A DNA stretch of 64,000 nt. It comes from an uncultured Pseudomonadota bacterium. Lineage in GTDB: Bacteria; Pseudomonadota; Gammaproteobacteria; Natronospirales; REEB76. The first letter of the stretch is position 1; each line of letters opens with the position of its first letter. A program made the position numbers and the translations under genes. The notes below the pieces were generated by a model. It had not been told where the DNA came from, did not search any database, and was given only the letters and a program-made list of their open reading frames with translations. Positions 56,589 to 64,000 of this stretch are shown piece after piece. Location of the stretch: positions 386,091 through 450,090 of the forward strand of contig CAVZGN010000002.1 of the NCBI GenBank assembly GCA_963774895.1. Reading direction: 5' to 3'.

Positions 56589-56620
56589 GCGGGGCAGTGC
56601 GGTAGTCCGCACTGCCCCGC
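56589..56620 (+). terminator. Perfect 14-bp GC-rich stem-loop (possible terminator or REP-like element)
   Basis: GCGGGGCAGTGCGG-tagt-CCGCACTGCCCCGC, 7 nt after the stop codon. No U-tract follows, so its function is uncertain. Confidence 0.45.
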
Positions 56621-56704
56621 ATGCGTTATCCTAGGAAGATTAAAGATCCACGTGACCGCCGCCCGGCGGGTTTTCCTATTACTAACTCTCGGGAGTATTC
56701 CATC

Positions 56705-57280
56705 ATGCGTTACGGATTCATCGCCGTCGGCCTGCTGACGGCCGGTTTATTTGCAAGCACTGCGGCACAGGCAGCGGAAGGGCCGCGTATTGCCGTGGTT
56801 AACCTGCAGGAAGTCATCGGCACATCACAGGCCGGCCAGGATGCCAATAAACAGCTGCAGGACATAACGCAAAAATTGCAGAGTCAATTGAAAGACAAAC
56901 AAGACAAGATGCAGGTACTGAAGAATCAGTTGGACAAGGCCGACAGCAAATCCAGTGGATACGCGACTTTACAGAAGAATTACCAGGACAGCCAGAACGA
57001 TGCGCAGCAGTTCGTAATGATGGGCCGCCAGGACCTGGAGCAGCGCCGCCAGGAATTGCTGCAACCCATCGAACAGGAACTGAGTAAAGTGATCGAAGCG
57101 TACGGCAAGGCCCATCACTACGACATCATCTTGAGCCAGGGTGCGGGCGCGGTGTTTGCAAACCCCAAATACGATGTCACCAAGGGCGTGACCGCAGCCC
57201 TGGATGCGGATTGGGCGAAACAGCAAAAAGCCCAAAGCACTCAAAACTCACAGAAGCCTCCATCTGGCGGCGGGCAATAA
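56705..57280 (+). CDS. skp: OmpH/Skp-family periplasmic chaperone
   Basis: The ATG at 56705 follows a GGGAG SD. Signal peptide MRYGFIAVGLLTAGLFASTAAQA. Gln/Lys-rich coiled-coil body typical of Skp. Confidence 0.8.
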   Translation: MRYGFIAVGLLTAGLFASTAAQAAEGPRIAVVNLQEVIGTSQAGQDANKQLQDITQKLQSQLKDKQDKMQVLKNQLDKADSKSSGYATLQKNYQDSQNDAQQFVMMGRQDLEQRRQELLQPIEQELSKVIEAYGKAHHYDIILSQGAGAVFANPKYDVTKGVTAALDADWAKQQKAQSTQNSQKPPSGGGQ

Positions 57281-57441
57281 AAGCACCCCCCCTTCCTGTT
57301 CTGCATGACTCATCCTGAGCCACTTGAACTTCAGGGCGGCCATCCATGGCCGCCCGTTCAGCGGGCCGAAGCTTTGCTTCGGCTATTCCGCTTCACCCCG
57401 CAAGGGGAGAAGGGACGGAGAGTGCCCGCGGCACTTTCAAA

Positions 57442-58449
57442 ATGATTGATCTGCGCAGTGACACGGTGACCAGGCCGACACGCGCGATGCGCGCTGCCAT
57501 GGCCGCGGCCGATGTGGGTGACGACGTCTTCGGCGACGACCCCACTGTCAACCGTCTGCAGGAAAAGCTCGCGGAGATGACCGGCCAGGAGGCCGGTTTG
57601 TTTTTTCCTAGCGGCACCCAATCGAATCTCGCCGCGCTCATGGCGCACTGCGGCCGCGGCGAGGAATTCATCATCGGCAGCCTGGGCCACAGCTTCAAAT
57701 ACGAGGCCGGCGGTGCTGCCGTGCTCGGCAGTCTGTGGCCTTGCCCGATTGCGTATGAGGCGGACGGCACCCTGGCGCTGAATAAAATCGCCGCAGCCAT
57801 CAAACCCGACGACGCGCATTTCCCCCACACACGCCTTGTAGTCCTGGAAAACACCCAGAACGGGTGTGTATTGCCACTGGCTTATATTAAAGAGGCAGTG
57901 GAGTTTGCGCGCTCACATGGATTGAATATCCATCTGGACGGTGCGCGGGTGTTCAATGCGTCGGTGAAATTGGGCGTGCCAGTGCGGGAAATCACCCGGC
58001 ATTTCGACACTGTCTCCATCTGCCTGTCCAAAGGACTCGGCTGCCCGGTAGGCACCGTACTGGTGGGCAAGCGTGAGCTGATAAAAAAGGCACAGCGTGC
58101 GCGCAAGATCCTGGGCGGTGGCATGCGCCAAGCGGGCATCCTGGCTGCGGCGGGATTATATGCACTGGAACATCATGTCGAACGCTTGGCGGAAGATCAT
58201 GCCAATGCCAAAGTGCTCGCCGAAGGTCTGGCGGGCATTGAGCAGATCAAGATCGATCCAGGCTCAGTGCAGACCAACATGGTGTTCGCTTCCATTCCAC
58301 CGGAATTGGTGGAAGGGCTCGCTGCGCATCTCAAGAAAGCCGGCATCCTCATCCTGCCAGGCGCCAACTTGCGGCTGGTAACCCATCTGGACGTGAGTCC
58401 CGCTGATGTGGCGCGGGTGATTGCGGCGTTCCGGGGATATTTTGACTAA
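57442..58449 (+). CDS. ltaE: Low-specificity L-threonine aldolase
   Basis: MIDLRSDTVTRPT start, GDDVFGDDPTV, and a PLP-Lys region (SICLSKGLG). Confidence 0.9.
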   Translation: MIDLRSDTVTRPTRAMRAAMAAADVGDDVFGDDPTVNRLQEKLAEMTGQEAGLFFPSGTQSNLAALMAHCGRGEEFIIGSLGHSFKYEAGGAAVLGSLWPCPIAYEADGTLALNKIAAAIKPDDAHFPHTRLVVLENTQNGCVLPLAYIKEAVEFARSHGLNIHLDGARVFNASVKLGVPVREITRHFDTVSICLSKGLGCPVGTVLVGKRELIKKAQRARKILGGGMRQAGILAAAGLYALEHHVERLAEDHANAKVLAEGLAGIEQIKIDPGSVQTNMVFASIPPELVEGLAAHLKKAGILILPGANLRLVTHLDVSPADVARVIAAFRGYFD

Positions 58450-58596
58450 GTGTATTTAGGTGACCGTAGGGCCTAACGCTCAAACTCATGGGCGCATTTC
58501 GATTTTTCAATTCGTAGGCTACGATCCGGCTTACAACCAAGCCGCATTTCAAGGCAACGATCAGGATATCGCGCCGCGTGCGCCAGTTGCGAGTAC

Positions 58597-59094
58597 TCAG
58601 CTCTTTGCCGGCGCCATCTCGTTGGCGATGTCCACGACGCAATACCATTGCCCGTCGGCGTGCTTGCGCCAGATCGAATAACCCTGCAAATGCAACGTCA
58701 TGGGCGTGCCCTTGGGTCCCGGGACCGTCATTTCGTCGTTGCCCCGCATGTATGCCATCTTTCCGTCGGGTGAAAATGTCGGTTTCTGCGAGACCCAGTG
58801 AATTTTGAATCCAGGAGTGGCATAGCTCGCAGTAATATATGCACGAATGGCCGCCTTGCCCTCGATTGGCGGTTGCCCGGTTTCCATTACCACGGCATCG
58901 TAGCTCCAGTATGAGAGCACCTTTTCGATGTCCTTTCCGGCGGTCGCCGCATCGGCCCACTCTGCGTCGCGCTGCAGCAGTCTTGCGGATTCCGCGGTGG
59001 TATCGAACGTGGGTGGAACGGGCGCTGTGCACGCGAAAAGCAGCAGGCACACGGACAGCGGAGACATACGACGTACAGCTGAATACATTCTCAT
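58597..59094 (-). CDS. SnoaL/DUF4440-like (NTF2 fold) lipoprotein
   Basis: The ATG at 59094 follows a GAGGAGG SD. Lipobox-like LLLFAC. The length and pattern (AIRAYI...WRKHADGQWYCVVDI) are typical of the NTF2-like fold. Confidence 0.7.
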   Translation of the reverse strand: MRMYSAVRRMSPLSVCLLLFACTAPVPPTFDTTAESARLLQRDAEWADAATAGKDIEKVLSYWSYDAVVMETGQPPIEGKAAIRAYITASYATPGFKIHWVSQKPTFSPDGKMAYMRGNDEMTVPGPKGTPMTLHLQGYSIWRKHADGQWYCVVDIANEMAPAKS

Positions 59095-59422
59095 GAAATA
59101 CCTCCTCAAGATAAAGTTGAACGATGCGTGGTCCGGCGATGATGATATCGTCCCCGACGTATCGCAGACAATAACTAGACTAGACGGGCATCGACAATAT
59201 TCTATATTGCTGTTACCGAGATAACACCAATCTATCTAGTGCCGGCAATTCTGGGAATTTAAATATATGTTCAGTATTTAAATCGTAAGCGTGCACCGCG
59301 AGCATGATAGGGAGGCGGCCTCAATTTACAGTTTCAATGATAGTGTAAGTAGCTACGGTGTAATGTAATGAAATAGCACCCTGACCCAGCAATACTGATT
59401 CGCAATCAGGTAAAACACAGAC

Positions 59423-60064
59423 ATGATTGACATGAACCATACAATTGTTCCACAGCGCATTTTCTGCATCGGCCGCAACTATGCCGAGCACGCCAAAGAG
59501 ATGGGCAATGCGTTGCCTGCGGGACCGGTGATTTTCATGAAGCCGGCCACCAGCCTGGTGTCCGTTGGCGAGCCTTTGAAGCTGCCTAAAGATCAGGGAA
59601 GCGTACATCACGAAATGGAACTGGTAGTGTTGATCGGCAAACAAGGCGCCGATATTCCAGCGGAGGAAGCTCTCAGTTATGTCGCCGGTGTGACGTTAGG
59701 GATTGATCTGACATTACGGGATGTTCAGTCTCGTTTGAAAAACGCGGGCCAGCCCTGGGAGTTGTCCAAGTCCTTCGATGGCAGTGCTGTCATCGGCAAA
59801 TTCAAGGCTTGGCCAACGCAGTCCGATATCCAGAATATCGATATGCGCTGCACGGTGAACGGTGTGGTGCGTCAGCAGGGCAATACCCGCGACATGTTGT
59901 TCCCGGTTGCGAACATCATCGCCTTCCTGAGCCGTCACTGGCGGCTGCTGCCGGGCGACATCATCTATACGGGCACACCGGCTGGCGTCGGGCCATTGGT
60001 AACCGGTGACTGCATCGAGATCGAAAGTCCACAGATCGGGCGTTTCAGCTGGAACATGAGTTGA
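59423..60064 (+). CDS. Fumarylacetoacetate hydrolase (FAH) family protein
   Basis: 213 aa. IFCIGRNYAEHAKEMG, HHEMELVVLIG and GDIIYTGTPAGVG motifs. Confidence 0.85.
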   Translation: MIDMNHTIVPQRIFCIGRNYAEHAKEMGNALPAGPVIFMKPATSLVSVGEPLKLPKDQGSVHHEMELVVLIGKQGADIPAEEALSYVAGVTLGIDLTLRDVQSRLKNAGQPWELSKSFDGSAVIGKFKAWPTQSDIQNIDMRCTVNGVVRQQGNTRDMLFPVANIIAFLSRHWRLLPGDIIYTGTPAGVGPLVTGDCIEIESPQIGRFSWNMS

Positions 60065-60101
60065 AGGCCTCGCGCGTCGAACCGGGCGTTAGCACCCTGA
60101 A

Positions 60102-61430
60102 TCAGGGATCACCCGGTGCCGCCTGCATACGGCCGACTAAAGTACGCTGGCGTTTCTGCCAAACATAGATTGGAATTCCAGCCAATAACAGCAGCGTACC
60201 CCAGTACAACGAATCGCGGCCGGTGCCCGCTGCTGCCCACAATGCAAAAACGAAAGCTAGACAGGCCAGCACGGTGTTGCGCAACGGCAGTTTGAAACTG
60301 CGGCTCTGACTGCGACTCAGTACGATCTCAGCCATGGCACACAGCATGTAAGGCACCAGCACGAAGAACGTCGCCAGCAGCAGGATGATATTGAACATCT
60401 CTACCAGGCCGTGACTGTAATTCATCAGAATCAGGAGGGTGGCAAGCACACTCGATACCAGCAGCCCCACCGCCGGTGTGCCGTGGCGGGATTCTCGCGC
60501 GAAGAATTTCGGGAACAGGCCATCGTTGGCTACCGCCTGCGGAAACTGGCCCTGCATCAAAATCCAGCCGTTGAGTGCGCCGAAACAGGAGATCATGGCG
60601 GTGGCGGCGATGATGTAATCACCCCAACTGCCCCATATTATTTTGGCGGCATCGGCAAAGGGCGCGTTGGAATGCGCCAGCGTGTCGCTGGGGATGATTC
60701 CCATGACTACAGTGGTGCAAACGATGTAAAAGGCCGCGGCGATAATGGTGCCCAGCATGGTTGCGCGTGGTATGGTTTTTTCCGGGTCCTTGACATGCTC
60801 TGCAGGCACGGTGGCACATTCCAGGCCCAAAAATGCCCACATGGTGAACGCCGCTGCTGTGTTGATGGCGGAGACCGGCGAGCCGCTGGGATGGCCCGAG
60901 GCCAGCACTTTCGGGTCGAAGTAAAAGATGCCGAATATCGCCAGTGCCAGGAGCGGCGCGAGCTTGAGGATCACGGTGATCAATTGCAGGTTGCCGGCCG
61001 CGCGCACCCCCCAGATGTTGAGTCCCGTAAGCACCCAGACGGCGGCGATGGCGGCCAAACCACCCGCCAGCGGCACCGCCGCCAGTACCGGAATGAAAGT
61101 GCTCAAGTAGCTGGTGAAGGCCACTGCGATGGCGGCATTGGTGCCGAAAATACTCAGCCAATAAATCCAGGCGATGAGAAAGCCGGCGAAATCGCCGAAC
61201 GCCTCACGCGGATACGCGTAGGGACCGCCGGCTTTCGGCAGACGTCGCGACAAGCTGCTGAACACCCAGGCCAGCAGTAGTGCACCCACCGTACTGAATC
61301 CCCAGCCCCACAGGCTGTAAATGCCATACACGGCAAGCGATGCGGGCAGTAGGAAGACACCCGAGCCAACCATGTTGCCAATGACGATCGAAGTGGTGGT
61401 GGCCAGGCCGAGGCTGCGCTGGGTTTGCAT
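60102..61430 (-). CDS. APA-family (basic amino acid/polyamine antiporter; AdiC/PotE/CadB-like) transporter
   Basis: 442 aa with 12 TM segments. The N-terminus IVIGNMVGSGVFLLPASLA...GGPYAYPREAFG parallels E. coli AdiC. Confidence 0.88.
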   Translation of the reverse strand: MQTQRSLGLATTTSIVIGNMVGSGVFLLPASLAVYGIYSLWGWGFSTVGALLLAWVFSSLSRRLPKAGGPYAYPREAFGDFAGFLIAWIYWLSIFGTNAAIAVAFTSYLSTFIPVLAAVPLAGGLAAIAAVWVLTGLNIWGVRAAGNLQLITVILKLAPLLALAIFGIFYFDPKVLASGHPSGSPVSAINTAAAFTMWAFLGLECATVPAEHVKDPEKTIPRATMLGTIIAAAFYIVCTTVVMGIIPSDTLAHSNAPFADAAKIIWGSWGDYIIAATAMISCFGALNGWILMQGQFPQAVANDGLFPKFFARESRHGTPAVGLLVSSVLATLLILMNYSHGLVEMFNIILLLATFFVLVPYMLCAMAEIVLSRSQSRSFKLPLRNTVLACLAFVFALWAAAGTGRDSLYWGTLLLLAGIPIYVWQKRQRTLVGRMQAAPGDP

Positions 61431-61776
61431 CGTTGCTTATCCGTCTGTTATGACCCACAGGGATTGTAGCGGAATGTACCTGGTAGCTGGGAATGCAGGG
61501 TTCAAGGCCGGATGTGCCATGCATGGCAAGCGCCTCCTTACCAGTGTTGCAGCATCCCGTGCCACGCAGCGCAAGCCTACCCTCAGAGGAGCATTTACCG
61601 GGTGCATAACCTCGACCAGCTGCAGCAGCGTGTGCAACCCGTCTGCAGGCGGCCCGCAGGCCGGAATATGAAGACATCAGCAGCAGCCCTGGGTCAAGGC
61701 ACGAGCCGCGGCACAGTGGCTTGCGGACCCGTTACAATCTGCAACTTGATTGTCACCCCGCTAGAGGATCTCCACG

Positions 61777-62781
61777 ATGCTTGACCAGCAGAACCGCTCA
61801 AACCTCAAATACTTCAACGAAGTCGCCGCCTTCATCAAGCATCATTACCGGCATTTCAATGCGGCCGCGCTCATAGACGCGGCCGAAGCCTACAAAGCGC
61901 ATATGGCCGCTGGCGGCAAGATGATGGTGACCTTGGCGGGGGCCATGAGTACCGCGGAGCTGGGACTGTCGCTGGCCGAGATGATCCGCCGCGGCCAAGT
62001 GAGCATCATCACTTGCACCGGCGCGAACCTGGAAGAAGACATTTTTAATCTGGTGGCCCACGACCATTATGTACGCGTGCCCAAATACCGCGAATTGACC
62101 CCGGCGGAGGAACACAAGCTGCTGGACCGGCATTTAAACCGGGTAACCGACACCTGCATACCGGAAAGCGAGGCCATCCGTCGCATTGAGAACGCGGTGC
62201 TCAGCGAATGGCAGGCTGCGGACAAGCAGGGCGAGCGTTTCTTTCCCCACGAATTCATGTACAAGATCATCCGCAGCGGTGCACTCAAGCAGTATCAGCA
62301 GATCGACACCCGGGATTCCTGGATGGTGGCGGCCGCGGACAAGAACCTGCCCATCATCGTGCCCGGCTGGGAGGATTCCACCCTCGGTAACATCTACGCG
62401 GCTCATTGTCTCAAGGGCGACGTGCAGCATGTGCATACGGTGCGCACCGGCATCGAATATATGATGTATCTCGCCGAGTGGTACCAGAAAAATGCCGGCG
62501 GTAAGGGCGTGGGGTTCTTCCAGATCGGCGGCGGCATCGCCGGCGATTTCCCCATCTGCGTGGTGCCCATGCTGGAACAGGATATGCGGCAGGATACGCC
62601 GTTGTGGGCGTACTTCTGCCAGATCAGCGATTCCACCACCAGCTACGGGTCGTATTCCGGTGCGGTACCCAACGAGAAGATTACCTGGGGCAAGCTGGGG
62701 GCGGATACGCCCAAGTACATCATCGAGTCCGACGCCACCATCGTGGCGCCGCTGATGTTCGCCTATATTCTGGCCGAGTGA
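61777..62781 (+). CDS. Deoxyhypusine synthase-like protein (bacterial DHS homologue; possible homospermidine synthase)
   Basis: 334 aa. DHS-family features by eye (MVTLAGAMSTAELG, IITCTGANLEEDIF, FQIGGGIAGDF). Confidence 0.8.
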   Translation: MLDQQNRSNLKYFNEVAAFIKHHYRHFNAAALIDAAEAYKAHMAAGGKMMVTLAGAMSTAELGLSLAEMIRRGQVSIITCTGANLEEDIFNLVAHDHYVRVPKYRELTPAEEHKLLDRHLNRVTDTCIPESEAIRRIENAVLSEWQAADKQGERFFPHEFMYKIIRSGALKQYQQIDTRDSWMVAAADKNLPIIVPGWEDSTLGNIYAAHCLKGDVQHVHTVRTGIEYMMYLAEWYQKNAGGKGVGFFQIGGGIAGDFPICVVPMLEQDMRQDTPLWAYFCQISDSTTSYGSYSGAVPNEKITWGKLGADTPKYIIESDATIVAPLMFAYILAE

Positions 62782-62788
62782 AGAAGCT

Positions 62789-63428
62789 GTGATTCCGCAC
62801 ATCCGTCATTGCATCAACCTGATATTGCTGATTCCGATCCTGGCATCAGCCGACGCCCCGCCTGCGATGCCTTATATACAGGTGTCAGGTCACGGAACCC
62901 TGAGCGTCGTGCCGGACATGGCGCATGTTTCGATAAGCATCGAAAAGAACGACCAGAATCTGGCGAACGCACGCGCCGACGTGGAACGCCGTGCTGCGCA
63001 AGCGCTCGAAGCCGCTAAACAACTCGGCATTGCCGAACGCGACATTGATGCCACCAACATCTCGGTGTGGCCGGAATACCGGTGGCAGAACAACAACCAG
63101 ATATTCGTTGGCCAGCACGTGAGCCGCCGCATCCAAATCACCTTGCGCAATCTGCCGCAGTACGCGGATCTGGTGAGCATCCTGGTCAAAGCGGGCGTCA
63201 ATACTGTCGGCGGTACCACACTCGACCGCAGTGATATGCCGCAGCTGCGCCAGCAGGCGCTCGCTAAAGCCGTGGACGACGCGCATCAGCGTGCGCGGGT
63301 GCTGGCCGCAGCCGCTGGCGATGGCAGGCCGGGCGGCACCCACATCCGGGGCTGCCGACTATGAACCCGGCAGCATCGATGTCAGCGGCGATGTGAGTAT
63401 CGTGTATCTGCTGAAACAAGCGCATTGA
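62789..63428 (+). pseudogene. SIMPL/DUF541-family periplasmic protein with a C-terminal frameshift and apparent internal deletion
   Basis: Frame 1 (62789..63364) encodes the SIMPL body and ends ...RARVLAAAAGDGRPGGTHIRGCRL*. The conserved family C-terminus (EPGSIDVSGDVSIVYLL) is in the +1 frame (to 63428). The span is 640 nt, not a multiple of 3. Confidence 0.6.
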
Positions 63429-63474
63429 TTTCGCGTAGCGTACAATTGAACCTTAACCGAACGGGAGGTGTGTT

Positions 63475-63954
63475 GTGAATAGCAATTTCATGAAAACACT
63501 GATTATTTCAGCGGCAACTGCCCTGTTGATGGCGGGCTGCGCCGGCATGAGCGGCGGCGATTCTGGAGCGAATATTCTGGCTACCGGCAGTCACAGCAAT
63601 ATCAAGGATCAGATCTATCAGGATATCCATAACCAGGCGGATTTTGACGCCATGTGGAACAAGGCTTTTGCAGGTCAATCAGGTGCGCCGGACAAACCGG
63701 TGGTGGATTTTTCCAAGGATATGGTGCTGGCTGTATTCATCGGTGAGCAGCCGAGCGGCGGCTTCCGGATCCGCATCGGCAAGATCGACGCATCCGGCCC
63801 AACTATCGAAGTCACGATTGTCGGTATCCAGCCCGGACAAAATTGCCGTCACCCACAGACTTCCTCAGAACCCTTCCTGATCGCGACGTTTCCGTCTTCC
63901 ACGAAAACCGTCAATTTCAGTCCACAGTCGGAAAGAGCCGCCCAGTGCGGTTGA
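63475..63954 (+). CDS. Lipoprotein, PrcB C-terminal-like domain (tentative)
   Basis: GTG start 6 nt after a GGGAGG SD. Lipobox LMAGC. The pattern MVLAVFIGEQPSGGFRIRIGKID...EVTIVGIQP resembles PrcB_C-type domains. Family call is from memory. Confidence 0.55.
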   Translation: MNSNFMKTLIISAATALLMAGCAGMSGGDSGANILATGSHSNIKDQIYQDIHNQADFDAMWNKAFAGQSGAPDKPVVDFSKDMVLAVFIGEQPSGGFRIRIGKIDASGPTIEVTIVGIQPGQNCRHPQTSSEPFLIATFPSSTKTVNFSPQSERAAQCG

Positions 63955-64000
63955 TCCGCATCCGATATATACAGATATACAGTAGGGCGGGTCCAAACGA

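Noticed and set aside
57281-57441. A possible glycine or amino-acid riboswitch upstream of ltaE (GGAGAG-containing leader with hairpins).
   Set aside because: The conserved glycine-riboswitch core elements are not present. The hairpins are better explained as skp terminator or REP-like palindromes.
61204-61784. Four ORFs of 66-157 aa in the transporter/DHS spacer.
   Set aside because: Their translations are Cys/Arg/Pro-rich with no recognisable family. They overlap one another on both strands. I kept only the observation that the spacer is unusually GC-rich.

Overview
This is a gene-dense chromosomal window of roughly 58-60% GC (by eye) from a proteobacterium. The synteny hemF-tsaC-topA-smg-dprA-lysM // def-fmt-rsmB-DUF4390-ntrY/ntrX-like, plus an ECF sigma-DUF3619-DUF3106 operon, is what I associate with Betaproteobacteria and some Gammaproteobacteria; I cannot verify that here. 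I support about 58 protein-coding genes. I recognised no rRNA, tRNA, CRISPR array, transposase, integrase or phage gene. From about 20 kb onward the content is mostly housekeeping: aroE, hemB, hemF, tag, tsaC, topA, dprA, def, fmt, rsmB, argS, priA, pntAA/AB/B, ltaE and skp. The left 20 kb looks accessory and envelope-related. It carries a ToxR/CadC-type membrane regulator and a Sel1-repeat protein. It also has a minus-strand operon of a DUF4097 beta-helix protein, an INGxI-repeat lipoprotein and a CBM9/DUF5916 putative outer-membrane protein, plus a 1070-aa BNR/Asp-box protein. Further right sit a GFA gene abutting an Omp85-type barrel gene, and a convergent GH17+GT2 (NdvB-like) glucan synthase. 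The best sequence-level oddities are these:
- A ~148-bp intergenic module occurs twice, exactly 2,328 bp apart. Each copy starts at a stop codon, and the second copy runs into a decayed start codon and signal-peptide remnant.
- dprA has no ATG/GTG/TTG start for its conserved N-terminus and lies in frame with the upstream LysM gene across a single TAA.
- An inverted pair of perfect DnaA boxes lies just upstream of priA.
- Two genes are frameshifted (PqaA-like, SIMPL-like).
- The NtrX-like regulator has a degenerate AAA+ domain.
- A small His-rich membrane protein carries haem-copper-oxidase-like motifs.
I see no clear-cut novel defence or mobile system. The envelope operon and the Omp85/glucan-synthase pair are the best candidates for an undescribed system, and both are hypotheses. 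All family calls come from motif recognition by eye, not from searches.
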